Part shown: piece after piece, positions 52,795 to 64,000 of the stretch
How positions within the stretch are numbered: the first letter of the stretch is position 1
Layout: every line of letters starts with the position of its first letter
Assembly: GCA_951406725.2 (NCBI GenBank)
Contig: OX597828.1
Location: 3,162,001 to 3,226,000, forward strand
Origin: Octopus vulgaris
Lineage: Eukaryota
Length of the DNA stretch: 64,000 nt
Direction: 5' to 3'
The notes under the pieces: generated by a model
What the model was told of the DNA's origin: nothing
The model's database searches: none
What the model saw: the letters and a program-made list of their open reading frames with translations, nothing else
Program-made: the position numbers and the translations under genes

Positions 52795-53190
52795 AGGCAC
52801 AGGAGTGGCTGCGTGGTAAGAAGCTTGTTTCCCAACCACATGGTTCCAGGCTCAGTCCCACTGCGTAGCACCTTAGGCAAGTGTATTCTATTATAGCCTC
52901 GGGGTAACCAAAGCCTTGTGAGTGGATTTGGTAGACGGAAACTGAAAGAAGCCTGTCGTATATATATATATGTATGTATGTGTGTGTGTGAATGTGTGTG
53001 TGTGAACATGTGTGTGTATTTGTGTGTCTGTGTTTGTTCCCCACCATCGCTTGACAACCGACGTTGGTGTGTTTACGTCCCCGTCACTTAGCGGTTTGGC
53101 ACAAGAAGCAGATAAAATAAATACTACGGTTACAAAGAATATGTCCTGGGGTCGATTTGTTCGACTAAAGGTGGTGCTCCAGCATAGCCG
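52795..53190 (+). mobile_element. tRNA-derived SINE (family of 50099)
   Basis: Colinear with 50099-50450. Confidence 0.92.
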
Positions 53191-53353
53191 GTAAAATTTA
53201 CACTTTTTCTTATTTTTATTTTTCTAAAATTTTACCGGCGAGTGTGTTATATTATATGGCACAAAAAGAAAATGACTCACCCCAGGCACAACAGAATATG
53301 CTTCAACACACGAACTCATATAAAGAATCTTGCAAACCAAATCCCAAAACGAA

Positions 53354-53399
<46 letters not shown>

Positions 53400-53412
53400 C
53401 ACACACACATAA

Positions 53413-53491
<79 letters not shown>

Positions 53492-55178
53492 GATATATCT
53501 GTACACAGATATGTATGTATATAATGTGGTGATAGGTGGACTGACAGATGCATTGGTAGACAGAAAGATAAACAGATAGAGAGATAAATTGATAGACAGC
53601 TAGAGAAATAAATAGAACTTTAGATAGATGGACTGACAGAGACTCAGATAGGTAGATAGATAAGTAGACAGACTGGTGAATTTATGAAGAGATCAATTAG
53701 TATACAGGCGGGCTGATAAGTAGATAAATAGATAAACCTTTCGGTAGATCGACAAAGGCTCAGATAGAAAAAAATATATAGATAGATAGACAGAAAGCTA
53801 GCTTGGGTGATTTATAGATAAATTGATAGGCAGACAGACAGACAGAGAGCTAGCTAGGTAGTTAACTAGAGTGACAGATATCCGAAGGAAAAAAAACATT
53901 TGATAATGGTAGTCCAACATGCACTCAAAAAGTTGGGATGGTCACGGCCGATATGCTTTGATGATACATCTATTCGATTAAGGTTGACTTGAAATTATCA
54001 TGATCATGATCATCAACACTAGCAACAACACGGTGCCATTCGCAACAGTAACTTAGAAGTACAACAGCAATAACGGAATTTATACAAGAGTATAACTGAC
54101 AGTCAGTCATTCAGACAGACAAGACAGAGAATTAAAGAAGGAAGAAAGTAAAATGTAAAAGAATCTTAAGGAAGTGAGCTGACAAAACAATCAGGAAAAA
54201 TAGGAAAAAATGTAGATGGATAAAGATGGTGGATAAAATTAGTGATGATGGTGGTGGCGACGGCGGTGGTGGTGGTGGTGGCCAGTAGAATAAGTGAGCC
54301 AAACAACTAGAGTAAAAAAAAGAACGAATAAAAAAATAAAAATAAAGTATGGAGGAAAGAGAAAAAAAAAAACAGGAGAGGAAACTTGAAACTACAAGCA
54401 TTAAAAATGATGTTGAAAGAAAAAGTATAAGGGAGCAAAATATAAAGGAATTATGATATGAAATAAATGGATAAAATAGGAGGAGAATATAATTGAAAAG
54501 AGGATATAAGAACTGAGTATAGTAACTAGAATATACAGACTGATAAAGGGAGAGAGAGAGAGAGAGTTGGAGTGTGAAAGAGAGGGGGAGAGAGAAAGGG
54601 GTAGAGAGAAATGGAGAGGAGAGACAGTAGAGTGAAAAGTGAAAGTAGAATGATAAAGAAATACGCGGGAAGGAACAACAAGAAAGAAGGGAGGTAAATA
54701 GATGAAAAATAAACGATCAAAGAAAAGCGAAAGAAGAAAATATGTAAATACAAGAACGGATGAGAAAAACATAATAAAAATAAAATAAACGATGTGTATG
54801 CATGTACGCGCGCGTGTGTGGATATATTTATACAAACGTATACACATACACTCACACATATATGTCTGTATATATATATATATATATATATATACGATTA
54901 TGCCTATGCGCGTTTACACATACGTTTCGCATATTTATACATCTCTCTCTCTCTTCCTCTTCTCTCTCTCTCCCTCCCTCTCTCTCTATATATATATAAA
55001 GTAAAAAATAAGCAATATACTTCCTTATACTCTGACAGAAATAACCCCCCCCCCACCATCACACGCACGCTGTGTAGGAATTGGCAATGATTCGCTATTT
55101 GATTATTGTCAGAATAGCACAGCGCACAGCCAACGAAGAGTGTCTACTGGATGTGATGGATCGCTAGCCTTGCTTTTC

Positions 55179-55196
55179 AGCCGCTAGGGGGCAACA
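55179..55196 (+). promoter_or_regulatory. CTCF-like binding motif
   Basis: agCCGCTAGGGGGCAac closely fits the CTCF core CC(A/G)SYAGRKGGCR, within a non-repetitive island. Confidence 0.5.
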
Positions 55197-55334
55197 CAAT
55201 ACAGAAAGCACATATCAAGTAGATAGGTGTCACTCAGATCAATAGCTGACTGACTTCTCTGGACAAAATCTTTGTCTTATATACGCATGCATGCATACAT
55301 ACATTCATACATACATACACAATATTTATAGATG

Positions 55335-55371
<37 letters not shown>

Positions 55372-55404
55372 GTATACATACACAGACATACATATACATA
55401 TAAA

Positions 55405-55436
<32 letters not shown>

Positions 55437-55516
55437 CATACACAGACATACATATAAATATATGTATATATACACATATATATATATACACACACACATA
55501 TATATATATATATATA

Positions 55517-55568
<52 letters not shown>

Positions 55569-55839
55569 GTACATATATATATACTGTATATATATATATA
55601 CATACATATATATGTATATACATAAATACGTACATATACATATACACACTACATACACGCATATATATACATATATACTTACATGCATAATTTGTTATGC
55701 CATTTGTTTATTCATTCTATTCCCCGCCCCGCCACCGATTCTCGTCCACCACCCAACTAGCCAGCCAGCCAGCCAAACAGCAAGTGGAATTGCCAAACGA
55801 ACGATTATCTTAACCGTTGTTTCTTTTCTTGATTTCACT

Positions 55840-56133
<294 letters not shown>

Positions 56134-57930
56134 CTGTGGATTGTTATTTCTGTGATGTTATTCTCATGTCTGACCATTATATCTCGGATGTTCCTAACAC
56201 CTTCGTTTCTTCTGTTTCTCGTTTGTTCTTTAATTCATTCGTATATCTCACTATTCTTTACTTTATACTGAGAAGATGATTTTGGTAAACACTCACGCAT
56301 GCGTACCTACATCCCTTTGTCCGTCCGTACGAACATACGTACGTATGTCCCTACCTAGCTACATGCTTACCAACCTTCTTACATATTTACTTACATGCAT
56401 ATACATGTTTACGCACGCACGCACATACATACATACATATATACATACATACATACATACATACATACATACATACATGCATACATAATACATACATACA
56501 TAATACATACATACATACATATATGTGCAAACATAGTCTTGCATTTATACATACATACATACATACATACATCCAACAATCCATTCATTCATCCATTCAT
56601 ACACACGTATGTGTGCATATATACATGTACTGGTATATATGAATGTTTAAATATATCTGTATGCATGGCTACGTATATCTAACATATATGTACTATGTAG
56701 GCATATATGTATGTACTTGTATATGTCTACTTAGCAAATAATCTTATACATATACATAGGGAAGCGAATACGTTCAAATACCTATCCATACATATACATT
56801 TTCTTCGTTTATCTATCTAACTAAATAATCCTTCACAAATTACTCCCACCCCGACACTTTATCAACTTCTAGCATTGACAATGTCAGCTTCGTTCCTAAC
56901 CCTCCTGTTTGTTGTATAGATTCATTCACGATTTGTTTTCCCTCTTGCTTCTCTTGCCATGCTATTTCGTGTTGTGTTTATTTTCTTTGGTGCATTCTTT
57001 CTCACTTGAAGAAATCTTTATGTAACACAAAGACATATTTTCTTTTTACTTGTTAGGCAGAACAATACTTGTCTTCTATAGTGTTATGTGATATATTGGT
57101 TGCGGATAATGTGTGGTGGACTGGTGGGTGTTTAGTGTGTAATGGTGGGTATTATGTTTAGTAGTGACAGTGGGTGTATTGTTAAGGCGCAATGTACCAT
57201 AATGAATGTGTGCTATGGGTTAGAGGTGTGTGTTGAGTACTACACTGCTTTTGATGAAGTTGTGCGGTGTAGTGATAGGCTCTGGATCGTTTCTGGGGAC
57301 ATTCATGCGGTGGAGAGAGGTTCTTAGAGGTTTGTAATGATCATATTGATAAGAAAAATCTATGAATGTAGATTAATTGCGACATATTTTTGTATCTCCA
57401 AGGGCTATATGGATACATGTATTTTTTATAATCACTTTTTAATCGGATGTGGAGATTAGGCCCTCACAACCGTTTTTTTAGGTTCTCCCAGACAGGTGGT
57501 AGCGATGTACTTATTTACTGTAAAATTGTTCCAGGGGAAATGAAGTTGTAGGCTTTATGGAGGTTGCAGTTTCCGGAAGGAAGACTTAGGCAAAGTGTCT
57601 AGTCGTATTTAACTCGACGTCACTAAAACATCCTTTTAAATACAATAAAGCATCTTTGACAAATGCGAGTGTAAGTAACTTGGTCTCACCCCTACTCTCT
57701 GTTGGATGCAATTGCGACGTTTTGGTGGGTATTAGAGAGTTAGAAAAATACCTATATTTATTCTGTTTCTTTACAGATTGAGTTCGAATCGCACCAAAAT
57801 CAGCTTTGCCTCCTAATCTTCCGGAGTTGAGGATATAAGGAACCAGTTCATTGTTAGGTATCGAACAGATAGGAATGTTTGTACCAGTTTTTCGGACCCT
57901 GAGTTCGCTGCAGCGACATTGGTGCCAAAC

Positions 57931-58264
57931 TGTATCACCTGTTATCTTTATTTGGATAACAGCAGCGGTGTGGAGAAGGAGACATGTTGCACAGATAGCA
58001 ACGAGTTTTGCACACACACACTAACCGCCTTGAACAGGTCCTCGTGAAGGTGAAAAAGTTTCCAGGTGCAGTCACAAAGTAAATCCTGGACGACAGAGGA
58101 CACATATATACAAAATTAGCCGAGTCATGTATGTCGCTACTATATAACTTCATGAATCACTTCTACTGTTGTATGTAATAATGTTTAGCTATCATATCTG
58201 CTGCGTGTAAAAATCAGACTATAGGTGGAATTTATCGAGTGTTATTTATTGTACGGCTGATACA
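57931..58264 (-). mobile_element. Probable LTR of an LTR retrotransposon with adjacent PBS
   Basis: TGTATCA...TGATACA termini, AATAAA near the 3' end, then gtt-TGGCACCAATGT resembling the tRNA-Lys PBS TGGCGCCCAACGT. Confidence 0.5.
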
Positions 58265-58550
58265 CTCTGTTGTATATAAGGGTGTAACGCTGACAATCCC
58301 TGTGACATGTAACATTTACACCACTGCCAAACACTAATATATACATAACCATGTACAGTGTGTAAGAGAGAATTACTTATTATGCAGTTATGTAATCATT
58401 AGTAACTCCCGCTATGCATAATATTTCCGGCTACAACCATCTGTATGGCAGATCAAGCTGTTATTTGTATGTGTCATTCAACAAGGTTTCTTTTTGTCCG
58501 GTGCGTTAAATTTCTTTTAATTTAAATGCTGCTATTAATAGTGATTTCTA

Positions 58551-59112
58551 AGGCGGTGAGCTGGCAGAATCGTTAACATGCCGGGCAAAATGCTTAGCGG
58601 CATTTCGTCCATTTTCACGTTCCGAGTTCAAATTCCGCCGAGGTCGACTTTGCCTTTGATCCTTTTGGGGGTCGATAAAATAAATACCTATTTCTTTACT
58701 ACCCACAAGGGGCTAAACACAGACAGGACAAACAAGGACAGACAGACGGATTAAGTCGATTATATCGACCCCAGTGCGTAACTTGTACTTATTTAATCGA
58801 CCCCGAAAGGATGAAAGGCAAAGTCGACCTCGCCAGAATTTGAATCAATAAAATAAATATCACTTGAGTACTGGGGTCGATGTAATAGATTTATCCTCTC
58901 TCCCAAAATCTCAGGCTTCATGCTTATAGTAAAATGGATTAAAATTGGCTTCAAATTTTGGCACAAGATCAGCAATATCAGGGGAAAGGCTAAGTCAACT
59001 GGTTCTTATTGTATCGACCCCGAAATGATGAAAGGTGAAGTTGATACCGGCGGCATTTGCAACCAGAAGACACAGACGAAATGCTGCAAACGACTCTGCC
59101 AGCTCGCCACCT
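58551..59112. mobile_element. Cluster of three Nin/Deu-domain-like SINEs: (+) copy with a nested (-) copy, then another (-) copy
   Basis: aggcggtgagctggcagaatcg head; nested antisense copy 58689-58847 with TSD ataaaataaatacc/ataaaataaatatc; (-) head ctgccagctcgccacctt at ~59100. Confidence 0.85.
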
Positions 59113-59784
59113 TAATGTTGCTATTGACACTGATTTGTTAAGGACAGGATGTGGAAACTGATATAATGTTGGCCAAGTGCGCTGGGAAAGAGACATACAT
59201 ATACGAAAATGAATCAGTCACCATGGTTTATCTACCCTGTTCGCTGATGGTCTCATAAATACTAGCAGCACTGTTGTTGCTAGAGTTCGGCAAAGACAAA
59301 CAAAATCTATCAACGAAGAGTTATCTAACTTGTTCGAAAGATAAGTGAATACACAAGTACCAGGATGTGCAGCTGGGCAACAAAATTATGGAGATGGTGA
59401 TGAGAATGGTGATGGTAATGCTAATGATGATGATGATGTTGATAAAGATGACACTGAAGACAATGGTAATAATGTTATTGATCATGATGATGATGATGTG
59501 GAGGAAGGAGAGAAGGATGTGGAGGAAAATGAGGAAGAAAGTAACAAAGATACCGCTGCAATAACAAACTGCAAACATAAATGTAAAACCAAAAAAAACT
59601 TCTTTCACCGCCGTCACAACCACAAAATTCCCATCCTCTTACTCCATGTTCCTCTCCCCTCTTCCATCTCCTTCCTTCCCTCACCTCCCTCCCTCTCCTA
59701 CTTTCATCGCCTCCTCCTAATACTATTATAACCACCACCATCACCGGTAGCAGCAGCAGCAGTGCTGCCGCCGCTGTTACTGCT

Positions 59785-59847
<63 letters not shown>

Positions 59848-59922
59848 ATAAATACATAAATACATATATGTATATACATTTCTATGCATCTGTCTGTCTA
59901 TCTTTCTGCCTCTACATATACG

Positions 59923-59987
<65 letters not shown>

Positions 59988-60063
59988 TCACATACGCATG
60001 CATGTATATGTTATACACACTTTCGCTCATATTTGCCTTTGGACGCGTGCACATTCACCTATC

Positions 60064-60163
<100 letters not shown>

Positions 60164-60213
60164 TTGTGTGTGTGTGTGTGCATTTATGCATATATGTATA
60201 TTTTTATATATAC

Positions 60214-60275
<62 letters not shown>

Positions 60276-62159
60276 GCGCGTACATATGCACATGTCTATA
60301 TATATATATATATAAAATGCAAGGATTTATGATCCGAAATACGCAGTTATTTTCGTCTGAATATAGTATTACGAGGAAGATTTATACTAAGGCTTGACGA
60401 ATTAGGCTAAAAATGTCTTCAACTAAGCTGTAGATTATAGGGAACTTATCTTTTATGTTTTGTTTTTGTTGGCAATAGTTTAAGCCGATGGTATTATTAA
60501 ACAGTTCATGAGGACATGTCATAAATATGCAAGGAAGTAAGACTGTTATCCTTAATAATATAACAACATCAACTCAATCAAAAGCACCATCAATAGCATC
60601 GCAAAGACGAGGTAACGTTAAAAAAAGCAACAACAATAAGGGATAGAAAGAGAAAACCAAATGTGGGTAGGACATCAGTTGTCAATAGAAGCAATAGTTG
60701 TAGCAGCAGCAATAAACCACGAGAAATAACTCAAATAAGTTCAACACGAGTAGCAACATTAATGACAAACAATGAAATGAAATGGAAATCAAAAAACAGT
60801 AACATGAACAATAAAAGGCAGGGTTAGTAATGAAAAATAACAAGAGTACAGAGAACAACTAAAAACTCGCAAATAGAAATCGTAATTGTAATGACAAGTA
60901 AACGGGAAAAGAATAAGAAAAAGAGAACAAAAATAAAAACTAGAAAAGACAGAAGCAAAAGAATGTCTTTAGCATCGAACAAGAATAATCTACTCGCTGT
61001 TATTTCGATACTCACACATTATTATGCTGTTATTTCCAAGCACGGCGCACTTCTCTAACGTTCTTTCTAACCATACGAGTATTTTATTTTTAACGACAAC
61101 GCAAACGTCTTCTGTTATAAACACAAAGCCTGCTGTGTCAGGTCATTGCTTTGTTACTTTATAACAAACATATTGTTTCTAACTGCAACATGCTGTTATT
61201 GCTACGCTGTTATTCCCAACAACACCACGTTGTTATTTTTAACCACAACACACGTTCATGCTACTACTTTATTTTTAACAAGCTTTATATGCTGTTATTA
61301 TAAATACATCAAACTCCTATGTTGGACAAAATGCGACCCCACCCATGCAGTTACTTATAATCACCCAACAACCCTTTGATTGTAGTTCTAAAGGCATCCT
61401 CCTCCTATGCAGATATTAAGAAATCCGTTACATGAACACAGAAGCTGTATTAGATTAAAATAGCCATCTACGTAGCATCGGAGGCAGAAATGCAGCTGGC
61501 GCTCTCGCTAGCCGCTACTGGGATGATTTTCGTTTCCTTCCGATATATTTTGTGATTTTAAATACATGATTTTAAATATATGACGGGTGTAAGAGATGAT
61601 ATATCTGGACAAATACTGCAGTAAGTTTGCCTTTCAATTATGTATTTACTTTAAGTAGAATACATGTATGGCTATTTTAATCTATTACTCCTTCTCTTAC
61701 ATATGACAGATACATACATTTACACATACACACACACACACATACACACACACACACACACTCACACACACACACTCACACACATACATGTACATACACA
61801 CACACACACACAGACACACACAAATAATGTTCAAATTTTTAGAAAACAAAAGACGAAGACAGGTGAAGGAACAACAAGCAGGTGTATAAATTTGACGTTC
61901 GGCAAGAACGGAAAAGACTTTGACGATTCGAGCAAGCGCTCTTCGGCAGAAAGGATTGAGAGGGAAAAAAGTAGAGAGAAAAAAATTGTATAGAGAATAA
62001 CTGTTCAACATGATGAAACGGCTGCATTTATATGTCGTTATTTATCATCATAATAATGCACTTATTGTTAAGTATCACACGGTTATGTTGGTATGTCTAA
62101 AAACACACACTACAATGTCAATGTCCCTAACTACAACACAGGTTTTTTAACCTTGTATA

Positions 62160-62472
62160 TATAGGAGAAGTTCTTAAGCAGATCAAGCCGAAAATGTTGC
62201 TAGAAGCTAGGATCACCAAGCATAGATTGGCATATTTCGGTCATAATATGCGGAGAAAATCCCTGGAGAAGGACATCATGCTCGGAATGGTCAGTAGCAA
62301 GAGAGGAAGAGCCCGACCAAGAACCCGCTGGCTTGACACCATCAAGAGTGATACCGGAATGGACATAGCCAATCTGAAAGAAGCGGCCCAAGATAAAACT
62401 GACTGGAGGACACTGATCCAACGAGTAACCGAGAGTCGACTTCGACTGAGCGGATAGATAGATAGATAGATA
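62160..62472 (+). mobile_element. RTE-clade LINE 3' end with (GATA)n tail
   Basis: LAYFGHNMRRKSLEKDIMLG...RGRARPRTRWLD...AQDKTDWR. Confidence 0.9.
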
Positions 62473-63061
62473 TATAGGCTCCATTCTCACCCAACATAGT
62501 AATTGAGATTTTGAAAAGCTCATACAAATGGGAAATATTAAAGTTATCTCCTTCTACATGAGAGTGATATAACAGAGAGACAATGTATTTCGGAGTTTAC
62601 CTACACGACGCTCAGAATCAAAGTGAATTCATTGAATGAGCTAAAGGCATTCTATTCCCTTAATCTTTCACTGTGACTTTATCTACTCAGCAATGCTAAT
62701 GTTGCATCTAAAAGACTAGGCTCACTTTTCCATTCCCGATGTCTAAAATATCAGCTAATAACTGTCAATAGAAACAACTACTAAAGCCGCTTTTCTCATT
62801 GAATGAAAAATAGACAAGCAAACGGTTCAGTAATTTTATCGAAATAAACCGCAATACACGCACGTGATTTGGCTCCCACGACATTGCAATCAAATCCCCG
62901 ACTATCGAGGAGAAACCACTTCGAGATCGCAATTAAATATAATTTCAATAAAACATACAACAATCGGATTGGGCAAAACTGCCTCACAAATCTCCTCTAA
63001 ACCAAGGAGGAGAGGTACTATCACTTACATGCATACATACATACATACATACATACATACA

Positions 63062-63096
<35 letters not shown>

Positions 63097-63099
63097 GTA

Positions 63100-63700
63100 T
63101 CTTTATATATATAATAAAACTGAGAATGTGTGTCTGTCTGTCTGTGTGTTTCCCTAAGACTTGAGAACTACACAACCAATTTCATTCAAATTTTACACAT
63201 GCCTTACTTAGGGTCTGGGGAGTGTCATCGGCAAAATAAATTTGAACTTTTTGCCTAGGGCGAGCCCACAGCAATATCATATCTTCTCCACTACGATTCC
63301 CTAAAACTTGAAAACTACATGACCAATTCCATTCAAATTTTACACATGCCTTACTTAGAATCTATGTAGTTTCATCGGCAAAAAAATGTTCAACTTCTTG
63401 CCTAGAGCGAGCCCATAGCAATATCATATCTTCTCCACTATTTCAGTATTACGTGTTAAAAGTGAAACAAAAACGTTTCTCTATTTTATGTCAGATACTT
63501 TCACTTTAACAATTAAAAAAATAATATCAATTGAATTATATGTAGTAAGTAATAATTAAAATCAAACTAAAGTATAATATAATCGTAACATAACAAAAGT
63601 AAAAATAGCAATTGGTATAAAATTGCATCAATGATTTGAACTTGAATAAGTGGTTTCACATGAATGGGAATAAATTAAAAATAAAATTAGCGTGCATAAA
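63100..63700 (+). mobile_element. Probable non-autonomous Helitron 5' region with an internal ~145-bp tandem duplication
   Basis: A|TC start, tatatataataaaa, (CTGT)n, aactacacaaccaatttcattcaaatttt; no CTRR 3' end identified. Confidence 0.55.
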
Positions 63701-63739
63701 TGGAATAGTCCAGATGGATAATAAAAAATTAAATTAAAG

Positions 63740-64000
63740 AAAAGACTATTGTCTATAAAGTATACAATGTAGAGAAAAAGAAGATTTGAACACATGGAGG
63801 AAAGCACCTTCGAGAAAAGTGTCTTGGTGCGACTATGAAAGGTATCTAATCAGAGGCGGTAAATTTGCCACAATAGAAGCAAGGTTCGAGTCAACGGAGC
63901 GTGCAAGGGAGTACACTCGAACTTGCAAAGTGGAAATATTTTAGTTTTACCTTTATATCTGGGACGTAGGACGTCCCGGAAAAAAATTAAAATGCCCCTC
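63740..64000 (+). pseudogene. Tx1-like ORF1 fragment running off the window
   Basis: YLIRGGKFATIEARF...LVLPLYLGRRTSR parallels YISRGVKHATVWLLF (~11420) and LTYLGRRVSK (~49160, -). Confidence 0.65.

Noticed and set aside
57586-58017. 143-aa ORF with a signal-peptide-like start
   Set aside because: Crosses an LTR end and a SINE remnant; chance frame
59345-59731. Acidic D/E/N-rich ORF
   Set aside because: Decayed (GAT)n/(GAG)n low-complexity sequence, no start or splice evidence
61490-61505. Second CTCF-like site (gcagctggcgct)
   Set aside because: Lacks the 5' CC of the core

Overview
AT-rich, microsatellite-saturated eukaryotic non-genic (intergenic or intronic) DNA. The repeat families resemble those of a cephalopod, probably Octopus; this is an inference from recalled repeat signatures, not a search result. 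No host protein-coding exon can be supported, and nearly all listed ORFs are translated microsatellites. The window holds a near-intact CR1-group LINE, a decayed Penelope-like element (PLE), an R4/Dong element between (TAA)n tracts, several Tx1/L1-like pieces, and RTE, mariner, Tc1, hAT-Buster and Helitron remnants. It also holds a probable LTR and many tRNA-derived SINEs. Three things stand out. (1) At least five hammerhead ribozyme (HHR) motifs, including a complete canonical type-I HHR at 28071-28147 inside a ~450-bp non-coding, inverted-repeat-bounded unit (retrozyme-like) and a 150-bp palindrome carrying one HHR per strand. (2) Tx1-like elements, ORF1-only or ORF2-deleted, inserted with TSDs into SINEs, including a tandem pair at one target. 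(3) Smaller oddities: an isolated 28S rRNA fragment, a tRNA-like head within a PLE terminal region, a very long apparent TSD, a templated inverted duplication and a strong CTCF-like motif. All calls were made by eye and coordinates of decayed elements are approximate.
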